Below are positions 20,027 through 30,796 of a stretch of DNA of 64,000 nt, piece after piece. Source of the stretch: an uncultured delta proteobacterium. GTDB taxonomy: Bacteria > Desulfobacterota > Zymogenia > Zymogenales > Zymogenaceae. The notes below the pieces were generated by a model. The model saw only the letters and a program-made list of their open reading frames with translations, made no database searches and was not told the DNA's origin. Numbering within the stretch: position 1 is the stretch's first letter; each line of letters starts with the position of its first letter. The DNA is taken from NCBI GenBank assembly GCA_963735595.1, contig CAVTLK010000001.1, forward strand, positions 256,001 to 320,000, written 5' to 3'. The position numbers were made by a program, and so were the translations under genes.

Positions 20027-21361
20027 GTGAAGAAAAAGATTGCCGTTGTTGGAATGGGGTATGTGGGAATACCGTGTGCCGCGTTGCTGGCCGACGTCGA
20101 GGGGTTTGACGTTACCGGTATACAGCGGAGATCACAGCGAAGCGGGTGGAAGATCGATGCCCTCAACTCGGGAAAATCACCGATAGAAGGGGACGAGCCG
20201 GGACTCGATGAGCTTCTGACGCGGGTGGTCGGAAAAGGGAGTTTCCGGGTTACCGACGATTTCTCTGTAATCAAACAAATGGACGTTGTCCTTATTGACG
20301 TACAAACCCCTACGGACGGCGCGGGACATGAGCCCCAGTATCTTTCTTTGAAAGAGGTTGCCAGGGAGATCGGGACATACATGAAGCAGGGTGTACTTGT
20401 CATAACCGAATCGACCGTTGCCCCGGGAACCACCGAACACGTAATCTGCCCGATTCTCGAGAGAAAATCGGGATTGCAGGCGGGCAAAGACTTCTCCCTG
20501 GCATATTCCTATGAGCGGGTTATGCCGGGAAAACTGATAGAATATATCGTGAATTTGCCCCGGATCGTCGGCGGTATCGATCCACAAAGCGAGAACAGTG
20601 CGCGGGAACTCTATGCCACGATAGTGAAAGCAAAGATCCACACCACCGACGTCCTGACGGCCGAGACAACCAAGACCATTGAAAACGCCTACCGGGACGT
20701 GAATATAGCGTTTTCCAACGAGATGGCCCTCGTATGCGAGAGCCTCGGAATAAACGTATACGAGGTTCAGCAGCTCATTAATACGCGATCCGAACGGATG
20801 ATGCACTATCCTGGCGCGGGGGTGGGCGGACACTGCCTTCCCAAGGATACGTGGCTTCTTCTCTACGGACTCAATACGTACGGCTCAAAGAAGGTCCAAA
20901 CGCATTTTGTGGAGCTCGCCCGGAGTATCAATGAATCAATGCCGAATCATCTGGTAAATCTCCTCTCCGAATGCCTGAAATCGCGCGGAAAAAGTTTCCC
21001 CGACTCAAAGGTAGTAGTCTTGGGTGTTGCGTACCTGGAAAACTCGGATGACACGCGTAATACGCCTGCCTATGATGTGGTGGCGCGTCTAATGGCCCAC
21101 GGAGCCGAAGTCATTGCACACGATCCGTACGTACGCGAATTCCCTCAGGTTGAGCTCACCAGGGACCTCATAGCGGCGGCCCAAGACGCCGATGCCCTCG
21201 TCATAGTTACAAAGCACAAGGAGTACTATACGATGGACTTGGGAGCCCTCAAAAAGGTAATGCGGGATCATATAATCATTGACGGCAGAGACGTGATAAA
21301 TCGGGCGTCGGCGCGCGCGGCGGGGTTCCTTTATCGAGGTATCGGAAAGGGTGGCGAATAG
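20027..21361 (+). CDS. Nucleotide-sugar dehydrogenase (UDP-ManNAc/UDP-GlcNAc dehydrogenase family), copy 2
   Basis: Same motifs as copy 1; tandem paralog. Confidence 0.92.
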   Translation: MKKKIAVVGMGYVGIPCAALLADVEGFDVTGIQRRSQRSGWKIDALNSGKSPIEGDEPGLDELLTRVVGKGSFRVTDDFSVIKQMDVVLIDVQTPTDGAGHEPQYLSLKEVAREIGTYMKQGVLVITESTVAPGTTEHVICPILERKSGLQAGKDFSLAYSYERVMPGKLIEYIVNLPRIVGGIDPQSENSARELYATIVKAKIHTTDVLTAETTKTIENAYRDVNIAFSNEMALVCESLGINVYEVQQLINTRSERMMHYPGAGVGGHCLPKDTWLLLYGLNTYGSKKVQTHFVELARSINESMPNHLVNLLSECLKSRGKSFPDSKVVVLGVAYLENSDDTRNTPAYDVVARLMAHGAEVIAHDPYVREFPQVELTRDLIAAAQDADALVIVTKHKEYYTMDLGALKKVMRDHIIIDGRDVINRASARAAGFLYRGIGKGGE

Positions 21362-21526
21362 CCGGTTAACCGTTTGACAGATTACGGGGGTACGGTGATC
21401 GGAAGGGAATGGCCGACTTTTTAATAACGGCCCGAATTGTTATCTGATATTTACAATAAATGTATTATAAAAAATATAAATTATGCTAAATAGTAGAACA
21501 ATAGTACATATATAACGAATTTTTTA

Positions 21527-21556
21527 TTGACATTGGTACTGCATATCTCGTAGAAT
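21527..21556 (+). promoter_or_regulatory. Sigma70-type promoter of the barrel/FecR cluster
   Basis: TTGACA-18 nt-TAGAAT in an AT-rich intergenic region. Confidence 0.6.
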
Positions 21557-21627
21557 CTACCTATAGATTCGTAGAAAGGAAGAACGTTCCGGCCCCCCTC
21601 GCACCAACCCCATGTAAGATTTAACGT

Positions 21628-23259
21628 ATGAAAAGAACGCTCGTAATTCTATCCTTTCTTGGCGTCCTATTTTCAATAGCGTTTCCCGCCTTTGCGATAA
21701 AATGGGAAGACGGCCGGCTTACAACAGACTACTCCGTTGATATCTATTATGAGAACGTGTACGGGAATGCCGATCGGTCCGTTCTTGACGTCGATCGCTC
21801 AACGAAGGACAATTGGCACTTCATGGAGGGCCTCAAGGTTCAACTTGAGCAGAAGATCGGTAATACATCAAAACTTGAATTGTTCTTTTATGGGAGACAC
21901 ACATCCGACAAGCAAATCCAGGACGAGAGTGCGAAAATCCTGCAGGCCTATCTACGGATATACGGGGATAATTATGAAATATCCGTGGGAGACATCGGGG
22001 AGTACTACACCAAATATACCTTTAATAATACCTTCCTTGGGGCGCGGGGATGGCTGAGACCGTTTTCCTCCCTGAGGATCATGCTGCTGGGCGGGAGAAA
22101 TCGCGAGAGAGTTGACGATACGTACGAACACAACTTCGGCGGCGGCAGAATAGAATATTCCCCGAACCCGAGGTATATTTTCGGGACGACCTATATCCAC
22201 TCGGAAATCGCGAAGCTCTATACCGGCACGACTACTCTGGATTACAGCAACGACGTCTTTTCCGTCGATGCCCGGCTCAGGCTGCTGGATCGCAAGCTGT
22301 TGATCTTTGGAGAGGCAGCATTCAGCTGGTATACCGTAGACAGAAACGATCCTTCCGCCGATGAACCCACCGGGCGGGCGTTTAATCTCGAGATCGACTA
22401 CCGTCCTATTCAGTCGTTAAAACTTTCGCTTGATTACGAGTATGTGCGGCCGAACTTCATTACCGTCATGGGAAGCGCTCCAAGAGACCGCGAAACCGTC
22501 AAGGGAGAGGTTCGTTATTACCCGACGGATTCCTTGGATATATGGGCGAAATACCGGTTCACCGGAGACAAGCTGTCGGAGAGCTCACCACTTGCGTATA
22601 GAACGGAGACAAACTACTCGGAGATCGGCCTCATCTATAAGCCCTTCTTCATGGAAAAAGAGAGCTATTTCAGGAACCTCAAGTTCGACGTGAGGCTCGA
22701 TTACACGAGGAGAGTTTCCATCAATGACCCGATGAGCGTAAACGACGGTCGTATCAGTACACGCCTGATTGTGACCAATCTCTACAATAAGATGCGGTAT
22801 TCAGTAGAGTATGGATTCAGGTATACCGATGACTACGTTACAGGTACGCCCGATAGTATGCTCAATACGGTCGGCGCTAAATGGGGATACTCGTTTGCGG
22901 CGCTCGGGTTGGATTGGGACGTCGATCTTTTCGGAAAGGTTGATTTTATAACCACCTATGAGCCGGATGATATACTCTATGATACGGTTTCATCGTTTAC
23001 GACCGGAATAACCATCAGGCATTCACCGACTAATACCCTCCTGAGGATGTCGTATCTGGGCGTATTTTCGAGGATCGACAATGGGTACGACACCAACAAG
23101 AACGCCACGGAGGTCTCTCTTGAGCAGGTCCTGTACGAGAACAAAGGGATTACCTCAATTCTCGGAATCAGCTATCGAAACCTTGATTTCCGGTCGGAAA
23201 ACCACGTCGACAGCTACGGCGAAAACATCTACATGCTCAGTCTTACGTTACGCTTCTAA
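21628..23259 (+). CDS. Putative outer-membrane beta-barrel protein
   Basis: Signal peptide (AFA-I), alternating aromatic/polar beta-strand pattern throughout, C-terminal YMLSLTLRF ending in Phe (BAM-type signal). Confidence 0.7.
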   Translation: MKRTLVILSFLGVLFSIAFPAFAIKWEDGRLTTDYSVDIYYENVYGNADRSVLDVDRSTKDNWHFMEGLKVQLEQKIGNTSKLELFFYGRHTSDKQIQDESAKILQAYLRIYGDNYEISVGDIGEYYTKYTFNNTFLGARGWLRPFSSLRIMLLGGRNRERVDDTYEHNFGGGRIEYSPNPRYIFGTTYIHSEIAKLYTGTTTLDYSNDVFSVDARLRLLDRKLLIFGEAAFSWYTVDRNDPSADEPTGRAFNLEIDYRPIQSLKLSLDYEYVRPNFITVMGSAPRDRETVKGEVRYYPTDSLDIWAKYRFTGDKLSESSPLAYRTETNYSEIGLIYKPFFMEKESYFRNLKFDVRLDYTRRVSINDPMSVNDGRISTRLIVTNLYNKMRYSVEYGFRYTDDYVTGTPDSMLNTVGAKWGYSFAALGLDWDVDLFGKVDFITTYEPDDILYDTVSSFTTGITIRHSPTNTLLRMSYLGVFSRIDNGYDTNKNATEVSLEQVLYENKGITSILGISYRNLDFRSENHVDSYGENIYMLSLTLRF

Positions 23260-23448
23260 GTTATGCCTGAACAATTCACATGATTCACGTGGCGGATTTC
23301 GGTACGTTTTCCCTGTTTATGATACAAATGTTCCGTAAACCGATTATATAGTTACGCGTTGCTTATTCATTTCTTAATACGGCTGATAGGGTAATATCCC
23401 ACGGCGGGTATTTTCAGCTATTCAAGAGATTATATATCGATACCGGGG

Positions 23449-25201
23449 ATGACTGATATGAAACCGATGCTTAAGTCCGTGAAGGCTATCGCGTGCTTCG
23501 GGTTGCTTTTATCGGTTGTTATTGGCCTTAATTCCGCCGAGGGGCAGGTAGGCAACGGGGCATCGGTTATTGCCGTCAACGGATTCGTAGACGTCAAGTT
23601 CAAGGATAAGGGCCTATTTGTACCGCTTGAAGAAGGCATGATGCTTGGCGTCGGCGATACCATTGAAACGGATACCGAAGGGGAGGCCGAATTGCGGCTG
23701 GCCGATAAGAGCATCCTGAAAATCGGCCCCTCGTCGCGCGTCCTTATCAAGGAGCTGGGTACACTTGAAGTAACCAGGGTCTCCGTCACAACCTTCGAGC
23801 TGATCAAGGGGAAAATACGGGCCGTTGTTTCCCCGCTCATCAATGATAAATCCCGCTTTACCATAGAAACGACGAATGCCACCGTGGGTGTGAGAGGCAC
23901 GGATTTCGTGGAAAGCTTTGATCCTGATACCGAGTCAACCTACGTTATCGGCTTGGACGACTGTGTCTCGCTGTCTTTCAGGAATACCCCCGGCAGCGCC
24001 CCCGTTTCGATCTGTGGAACAGAAGAGCTGACGGTAAAGGGGCGAGGAGCGCCCGGATTACCGTCGAAGGCATCAAAGGAAACAATAGACCGGACACTCC
24101 GTGAGATGGGGTTGACGGGAGAAAAAGGCGGAGAGCTGGGAAAAGTCAGGGGAGCCCCGTATATCACCGGCATCTTCGTTAATCGGACAATAGATCTTGA
24201 ACGCGTCGAAGGGTTGCTCACGCTCACGCGGGACGATCTTTCCGTAGAGAGAAAGATACTACTCAGCGGGCGGTCAAAAGACGATGTCGGACGCGTCGTA
24301 TCCGTTGAGGTGAGCCTCGATGGAGGAGCGACATTTGAAAAGGCGACCGGCACGGAAGACTGGACATACGAGTTCGAGCCGCGCGAGAATAGGGAATACG
24401 AAGTCATGGTACGTGCCGCGAACGATGCGGGTCTTGGTTCCGATCCCCGCGATATGGGACGGATTGCGATCGCGTTCAAAGACGATAGCTATGATGACGT
24501 CGCCCGTTCATTTATCGAGGCCTTCGTCAACGGTATCAGGACCGGGGATAGCCGGGCCGTCGAGGGCAACATTACTGATGGTTACGACGGGGCGGTGGGA
24601 GGATTCTATTCAAGGGATGATCTCTATACAGTCCGGTATAGAAGACCTTTCCGGCTATACGAGCGGGACCACCATCAGCTACACGATAGACCAGGTCAGC
24701 TCGCTGGGAGACAGGATTGTGGTGGTGACCGGATGGTCCGTGACATCGGGCACGACAAACGACCACGGGAAAACGACGTGGTGGCTCTCGAAATCCGATG
24801 ACTTCAGGCTTTCTCATGCGGAAGGGGATTGGTTGTTGCGGTCGATAGCAACGGTGGAACCGGCGCTTTGGATCGATTTTTACGATAATGGCATGGGGCC
24901 GCCCTGCAATAAGGTCGCGCGAGTGTTCTTGAGGGCGCCTAACATCCCGGATTCGGTACTATTCGTCCAGGTGCAGGTTGAGACGTCGTGCGGCCCGGTG
25001 AACCTGTTCGTTGATCGGTGGTACTATGAGGCGTATGTGGGTGATGAGAACGGATTCGGGAGCGACGTTCCGTTAGAAACGATGATATCGGCATGCGTAG
25101 CGCCATCGTGCGGTGTAGTTCGTACCGCCATTCGATCCCAATCTCAATTGCACTTTTACCGATTATGGCTATGATCTCAGTACGGACTAACGATACCGTA
25201 G
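23449..25201 (+). CDS. Exported FecR-domain / Ig-like protein, paralog 1 (frameshifted near 24625 and 25120-25190)
   Basis: GDTIET...LADKSILKIGPSS...GKIR...TTNATVGVRGTDF (FecR domain); VEVSLDGGATFEKATGTEDW (Ig-like); continues in ORF 24320-25174 and ends FTDYGYDLST in a third frame, colinear with paralog 2. Confidence 0.75.
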
Positions 25202-25317
25202 GGAAATAGTCCGATGTATTGAAAAAGGCCTGATGGGAAACCGGACCATCCGAACCCGAGAGCTCGGAGGTGTACAATGACTATAATGATGAACGACAAT
25301 CGGAAAGGAGACTTACC

Positions 25318-27058
25318 ATGACACGACGGATCAGACCTATAAGGGCTGCCGGACTCGTCTCTCTGTTGCTGGTCGTCATGAGCCTTACGTCGACCGGTGC
25401 TCAGAATCCCGTTGATGCGCTCGTAGTCTCCTCGGAAGGGTATGTAGACGTTAAATTAAACGGTACGGACAAATTCGTTCCTCTCGTTGAGGGAACGGGG
25501 CTTAGTGTCGGCGATATCATCCAGACAGACAGCGAAGCGAAAGTTGTCTTATGGCTCCCCGATAAAAGCACGCTCATAATCGGTGAGAACAGCCGGGTCG
25601 TAATTAAGGAACTGGGGATGGTCGAGCTGACTAAGGTATCCGTAAGCACGTTCGAGATCATCAAGGGGAAGATTAGGGCTATTGTCAATCCCTTTATCAA
25701 TACGGAATCCACCTTCATGATAAAGACCAACAACGCGACGGTCGGCGTGCGCGGCACGGACTTTGGAGAGGCATATGATCCCGATACCGATCGGACATAT
25801 ATCCTGGGTCTGGAGGATTGCGTATCGTTGACGCTCGCGAAGATCCCGGGGAGTGCTCCCATTTCGATATGCGCGGGAGACGAACTAACGATCCTTGGCG
25901 GTCAACAGCCCGGCCTGCCAAAAGGGGCGTCACGTGCGACAATAAACGAGTTTATCGAGGAGATGAACGCTGCCGAAACGCCGGGGACTTCTGAGGAGAT
26001 ACCCCCCCCGTATATTACGAGCCTATTCATCAATAGGGTGATCAATCTCCAGGACATTGACGGAACGCTCACCCTTACACAGGGTGATCTCTCCATTGAC
26101 AAGAACGTAGTCATCAATGGGACGGCCGTAGACGAAGCCTATACGGTAACAGAGGTCGAGGTAAGCCTTGACCGGGGGACAACCTGGGAAAAGGCCTCGG
26201 GTACGGCGAACTGGGCCTACGAGTTCCGGCCGCAGGAAAGGATAGAATATGAGCTAATGGTAAGGGCAAAAAACGATAAAGGCGCCGTTTCCGATACCGG
26301 TGAGCTTGGGAGCTGGGTCATTGTCTATCTGGACCAGGATTATGAATCGATAGCACGCTCGATGATAGATAAGCTTTTTGCGGCCGTCTTAGACGGGTGA
26401 CTCGACGGGTGACGATCTGATTTCCGATTATTATGACGGCGTTATCGATAACGTCTATACCAAGTCGGAGGTCGTCGATAAGATAGCGGGTTCGAATAGC
26501 AACGTAACGGCCGGTTATACGCTCAATCAGATTAACTCCACCGGTGACGCGATAATCGCGACGATTAGCTGGTCGTCGACCGTCAATGGGAGAAAGGACG
26601 ACGGAACCACAAAGTTCTGGCTCGCGAAGTCAGATGAATTCAGGATTACCCACTCGGAAGGCACCTGGTTCCTGATGAGCTCACGGACGCCCGAATTGAA
26701 GCTTGAGGTTGTTTCAAGTATCTATGGCCCCCCATGCGAAAACGCGTTGCGTATACTGCTCGTAGTGCCGGACGTTCCGGCGAATGTTCCCTCGGTTATC
26801 GTATTTCCTATCACGACATGCGAAAGCACTCATTTCGCCATTCTGACTCGGGCGGGTTTCGAGGACATGACCGGAGAAACGGATGGTTTTGGCGGTGATT
26901 TCCACTACGAGAAAACCACCGGGTGTACGGCGTCGGGCGGCCCCCCGTGTGCGGGGACGATTCCGTTTCTCTATCAGGATTTGAACCCGCTCGTTACCGT
27001 CAACTACACAGACTACGGGTATAATCTATCGGCAAGCACGATGTTGCCGTCGCCGTAA
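25318..27058 (+). CDS. Exported FecR-domain / Ig-like protein, paralog 2 (frameshifted at ~26397)
   Basis: Same architecture (TNNATVGVRGTDF; VEVSLDRGTTWEKASGTANW). After ...VLDG the +1 frame reads DSTGDDLISDYYDG...FWLAKSDEFRITHSEGTWFL into ORF 26675-27058. Confidence 0.78.
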
Positions 27059-27106
27059 AACGGTTCGACAACCAATTGCTTGCTTGCAGTGTGATTAAAG
27101 CGAGAC

Positions 27107-27547
27107 ATGAGACCGATACAAGGCAAACGAACCGCGAGCCTTACGAAGCTCCCTCTGGGGACGGCTTTTCTTGTCATAGCCATTGTTTTGGTTGGATACA
27201 CGGTATCATTCGGACAGGAGAATCCAGGGAGTATCGAACTCGGGATAATAGGGACGCTCAATCTCTATCCGGTGCTGCCGGAGGAGGGAGACGACGTCGT
27301 GATAGGCGTTCTCGTCGCTAACCGGGGCGTAAAAGACGCCCGGGACGTGGCGGTCTATTTCTATGAAGATGATGTCTATTTTGAGAAGGTAACGGTAGAT
27401 ATACGGGCGGGTGATACCGTGTATGTCGAGGCGGATTGGATTGCGGACTCGGGGGACAGCTATATCTCGGCAATCGTCGACCCTAATCGGGTATACGCCG
27501 AAGATAGGCGTGATAATGGGGCGAATGCGTGGGTGACGGTTCGGTAG
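27107..27547 (+). CDS. Exported single CARDB (Ig-like) domain protein
   Basis: Hydrophobic N-terminus; P.EGDDV.I...VANRG..DA..V.V.FY, and IVDPN.V.AE...DN pattern. Confidence 0.8.
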   Translation: MRPIQGKRTASLTKLPLGTAFLVIAIVLVGYTVSFGQENPGSIELGIIGTLNLYPVLPEEGDDVVIGVLVANRGVKDARDVAVYFYEDDVYFEKVTVDIRAGDTVYVEADWIADSGDSYISAIVDPNRVYAEDRRDNGANAWVTVR

Positions 27548-27704
27548 GGTGATAACACGGAACACAGAGCGTTTTTTTCTTGCAATCTGCCGATTGCGGT
27601 GATATAAATGTTCAATGTTTATAGACCGCATTACATATAATGCGGTCTTGGGCTTTTTGGAATAAGATGTCTATGGGAATGAATAAAAAAGGAAGGAGAA
27701 TTTA

Positions 27705-28217
27705 ATGAAGAGACTGAGTTTTGTTGTGGCAATTATTTTCGTTCTCTCTTTATCGCTTTCGGTTTACGCTGCCGACGTAAAAGTGGGTGTCCTTGATCTT
27801 ATGAAGGTTATCGACCTGTCCGCGCAGGGCAAGAAGGCTAAAGACGAGATGAACGTGAAGATCAAGGCCGCAGAGACCGAAGTGAAAAAGAAACAGGACG
27901 AAATACTCAGGATGAAGGCTGACATTGAGAAGCAGGCCCCTATGCTTTCGGCCTCGGCGCTTGCCGATAAGAAGAGGGCGTACGAAGACAAAGTCCTGGA
28001 TTTCCAGCGGATGGTTCAGGATTATGAGTATGAATTACAGCAGAAGGACTTCGAGCTTGCGCAGGTAATCCTGACTCAAACGAAAGACATTATCGATAAG
28101 ATCGGCAAGGAAGAAGGATATACCATTATCCTTGAGAGGACGAATTCGGCGGTTCTTTATTTCCCGGCAAGCGCCGATATAACCGATAAGGTTATCAAGG
28201 CACTCAACGCGAAGTAG
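27705..28217 (+). CDS. skp: OmpH/Skp periplasmic OMP chaperone
   Basis: Signal peptide, KVGVLDLMKV, long coiled coil, GYTIILE...DITDKVIK. Confidence 0.93.
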   Translation: MKRLSFVVAIIFVLSLSLSVYAADVKVGVLDLMKVIDLSAQGKKAKDEMNVKIKAAETEVKKKQDEILRMKADIEKQAPMLSASALADKKRAYEDKVLDFQRMVQDYEYELQQKDFELAQVILTQTKDIIDKIGKEEGYTIILERTNSAVLYFPASADITDKVIKALNAK

Positions 28218-28240
28218 TAGCTGTAGAAAAATTGATACGT

Positions 28241-28270
28241 AAAAAAACCCGCCTAGGCGGGTTTTTTTTT
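28241..28270. terminator. Bidirectional intrinsic terminator
   Basis: AAAAAAACCCGCC-TA-GGCGGGTTTTTTTTT between skp and the convergent pilin gene. Confidence 0.85.
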
Positions 28271-28326
28271 GGCGTGAAATAGAGATTGCGGATACGTAAT
28301 AGGAATGAAATCCTTCCCGGGAAGAC

Positions 28327-28780
28327 TTATTCACAGGTAAAAGGGTAGGGACTTGCGGTATCGGTTAAGTCGTTAAAGACGTTCCATGGTTCACGGCTGC
28401 AATCGGTCACAACCCAGACATCGTCTATGTTATCGTGATCAAGGTCTGCCGAGCAGCTGGCGGTGAAATGGAAAGCTGTCGCCGGAAATATTGAGGTACC
28501 AGTTCCTATAATATTTCGGCTCAGAGGCAGGTCGAAACGCGATTTGTTCGTAATTCCGGCATATACGGAGTGTTCGGCGAAGTACGTACCTCACTTCCGT
28601 AGACGCCGGTAAGCAGGATTCGCGCCTCGGACTGTCTCGACTTATTCTGGAAGCTCATATAATTAGGAATAGCGATGGCGGCAAGGATCGCTATGATTGC
28701 CACAACGATCATCAGCTCAATCAGGGTAAACCCGGATACGGAATTTTCGGAGTCTGGTTCGATAGGTATTATAGTGTCAT
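28327..28780 (-). pseudogene. Type IV pilin (PilA-like), disrupted by several frameshifts (assembly error or pseudogene)
   Basis: [25 protein letters not shown] prepilin motif; segments in other frames ([38 protein letters not shown]) read like a pilin head; stop at 28327. Confidence 0.7.
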
Positions 28781-28795
28781 AGGACTTATTAATAA

Positions 28796-28811
28796 AGCAA
28801 ATAGTATGCCA
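28796..28811 (-). promoter_or_regulatory. Sigma54 (-24/-12) promoter of the pilin gene
   Basis: Minus strand TGGCATACTATTTGCT (GG-N10-GC); pilA is sigma54-dependent in Pseudomonas, Myxococcus and Geobacter. Confidence 0.75.
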
Positions 28812-29040
28812 TATGGTGCCGGAGGTCTTCCCTGTGGCGCGATCCTACAACATATTGCGATCATTATCTTTTTTATCTTCGGGACATGATATCCAGGATT
28901 GAAACTGATAGCCGTATGGACGGACTGATATATGACAAAACTGTAACTATGCCTTTGCAATATCGCAATTATAATTGTATTGAACGTTGTGAGACAGACA
29001 TTAAGGAGATAGTATAGGTAGTTAAAACATAAAAAAAGTC

Positions 29041-29070
29041 TTGACATACGATTCGCTATTACGATAGTAT
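29041..29070 (+). promoter_or_regulatory. Sigma70-type promoter of the trp leader
   Basis: TTGACA-18 nt-TAGTAT. Confidence 0.65.
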
Positions 29071-29100
29071 TACGCTCAAAATGTAATCGTAAGGAATGTA

Positions 29101-29184
29101 ATGAAGCGGACACGTACGGTAATCGAAAAGAAAAATTGGGTGTGGCGTATCCACATAGGTGATTTGGTGCGCCCAATAGGTTGA
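29101..29184 (+). CDS. trpL: Trp attenuator leader peptide (27 aa)
   Basis: MKRTRTVIEKKNWVWRIHIGDLVRPIG*; AAGGAA RBS; W-V-W codons overlap attenuator segment 1. Confidence 0.75.
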   Translation: MKRTRTVIEKKNWVWRIHIGDLVRPIG

Positions 29185-29265
29185 GTAATAGGCCGTGGGC
29201 GGCCAAAGTCGCCCACGGCTTTTTTGTTTTTACAGCAGGCCGTGAATAGCTCACGGCCTTTTTTT
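29135..29265 (+). promoter_or_regulatory. Transcription attenuator with two tandem terminators
   Basis: Mutually exclusive 1:2, 2:3 and 3:4 pairings; terminator 29191-29225 and second terminator 29237-29265, both with T-tracts. Confidence 0.75.
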
Positions 29266-29371
29266 ATCGAAAAGGGGGTGATTGCCGCATGAGGCACCGG
29301 TGGAATTGAAGGAATATGAGAAGTCATAATTTATAGACATAGGTAGCGAAACAACCAAAACGGAGAAGAAA

Positions 29372-30736
29372 ATGACTGACAAGATAATCACCCTGTCCAG
29401 GAGCGAAATGCCGACGAAATGGTACAATATCGTCCCTGACTTCCCGGTCCCGATGAAACCGGTCCTCAGCCCGCAAACCCTGCAGCCTGCAACTCCCGAC
29501 GATTTTGCGCCGATCTTTCCGATGTCGATTATCGAACAGGAAATGAGCGACCAATCCTATATCACGATTCCCGATGAAGTCATGGAAGCTTATTCCCTTT
29601 ATCGGCCGACGCCGCTGGTGCGCGCCACCAGGCTCGAGAAACTACTCGATACGCCGGCCCATATATATTTCAAAAACGAGAGTGTGTCTCCTGCGGGATC
29701 TCATAAACCTAATACGGCCATCCCCCAGGCGTTTTACAACAAGAAGGCCGGGATGAAGCGGATGGCTACGGAGACGGGCGCCGGACAGTGGGGCAGCGCC
29801 CTTTCATTTGCCGGGTCCCTCTTCGGGATTGATGTAACGGTATATATGGTGAGGATATCGTTCGATCAGAAACCGTACCGTAAATCGATGATGCAAACCT
29901 GGGGAGGCACCGTATATTCCAGCCCGAGCGATAAAACGGAGGTGGGACGAGCGATCCTGAAGGATAATCCAAACACTAACGGGACGCTTGGAATGGCCAT
30001 CTCGGAGGCGGTTTTTGATGCAGCGACACATCCCGATACCAATTATTCCATCGGCAGTGTCCTGAACCACGTCTGCATGCACCAGACCATCGTGGGGCAG
30101 GAAGCCATGCTCCAGATGAAAAAGGCCGGTGAATACCCGGACGTTATTATTGGGTGTGTCGGCGGCGGGAGCAATTTTGCGGGAATTTCCTATCCCTTCT
30201 TACGGGAGAAAATCAAGGGCAACAAGAATCCCGAGGTTATCGCGGTAGAACCGTTTTCGTGTCCTACCCTCACAAAGGGTGTCTATGCGTACGATTTCGG
30301 TGATACGGCGATGGTAGCGCCGGTTGCGTATATGCACACGCTTGGGCATACGTTTGAGCCCCCCGGAATACACGCGGGTGGATTACGATACCACGGGATG
30401 GCCCCCACGATATGCCTCCTCTATGATCAGAAGCTCATGAATGCGGTGGCGGTACATCAGAACGCCTGTTTTGAGGCGGCCATGATGTTCGCGCGAACCG
30501 AAGGGATCATCCCGGCGCCGGAGTCATCGCATGCGATCAGGGTAGCGATCGATGAGGCGCTCAAGGCGAAGAAAGATAAAAAGGAGAAGGTCATCCTATT
30601 CAACCTGTCAGGACACGGGCATTTTGACATGGTGGCGTACGATAAATACTTCGCCGGACAATTGGAGGATTACGAGTACCCCTCCGAAAAGATTAAAGAG
30701 GCCCTCTCACATCTCCCGAAAGTCAAGGTTATGTAA
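29372..30736 (+). CDS. trpB2: TrpB2 (tryptophan synthase beta chain-like PLP enzyme)
   Basis: [11 protein letters not shown] (PLP Lys), [35 protein letters not shown]; no trpA adjacent. Confidence 0.95.
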   Translation: MTDKIITLSRSEMPTKWYNIVPDFPVPMKPVLSPQTLQPATPDDFAPIFPMSIIEQEMSDQSYITIPDEVMEAYSLYRPTPLVRATRLEKLLDTPAHIYFKNESVSPAGSHKPNTAIPQAFYNKKAGMKRMATETGAGQWGSALSFAGSLFGIDVTVYMVRISFDQKPYRKSMMQTWGGTVYSSPSDKTEVGRAILKDNPNTNGTLGMAISEAVFDAATHPDTNYSIGSVLNHVCMHQTIVGQEAMLQMKKAGEYPDVIIGCVGGGSNFAGISYPFLREKIKGNKNPEVIAVEPFSCPTLTKGVYAYDFGDTAMVAPVAYMHTLGHTFEPPGIHAGGLRYHGMAPTICLLYDQKLMNAVAVHQNACFEAAMMFARTEGIIPAPESSHAIRVAIDEALKAKKDKKEKVILFNLSGHGHFDMVAYDKYFAGQLEDYEYPSEKIKEALSHLPKVKVM

Positions 30737-30755
30737 CGTATTCACTTCGTTTCGT

Positions 30756-30796
30756 AACGAGAGACCGCGGGCGCGTCCTGCGGTCTCTCGTTTTTT
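30756..30796 (+). terminator. Intrinsic terminator after trpB2
   Basis: AACGAGAGACCGCGGG...CCTGCGGTCTCTCGTTTTTT. Confidence 0.85.

Noticed and set aside
26392..26413. Two in-frame TGA codons (GAC GGG TGA CTC GAC GGG TGA) ending the FecR paralog 2 ORF, as possible Sec sites
   Set aside because: Similarity to paralog 1 continues in the +1 frame (GDSTGDDLISDYYDG), so this is a frameshift; read-through stops again within a few codons.
28769..29327. Minus-strand ORFs of 161 and 83 aa in the pilin-trpB2 intergenic region
   Set aside because: They overlap promoters and the attenuator in AT-rich regulatory DNA and have no protein-like features.
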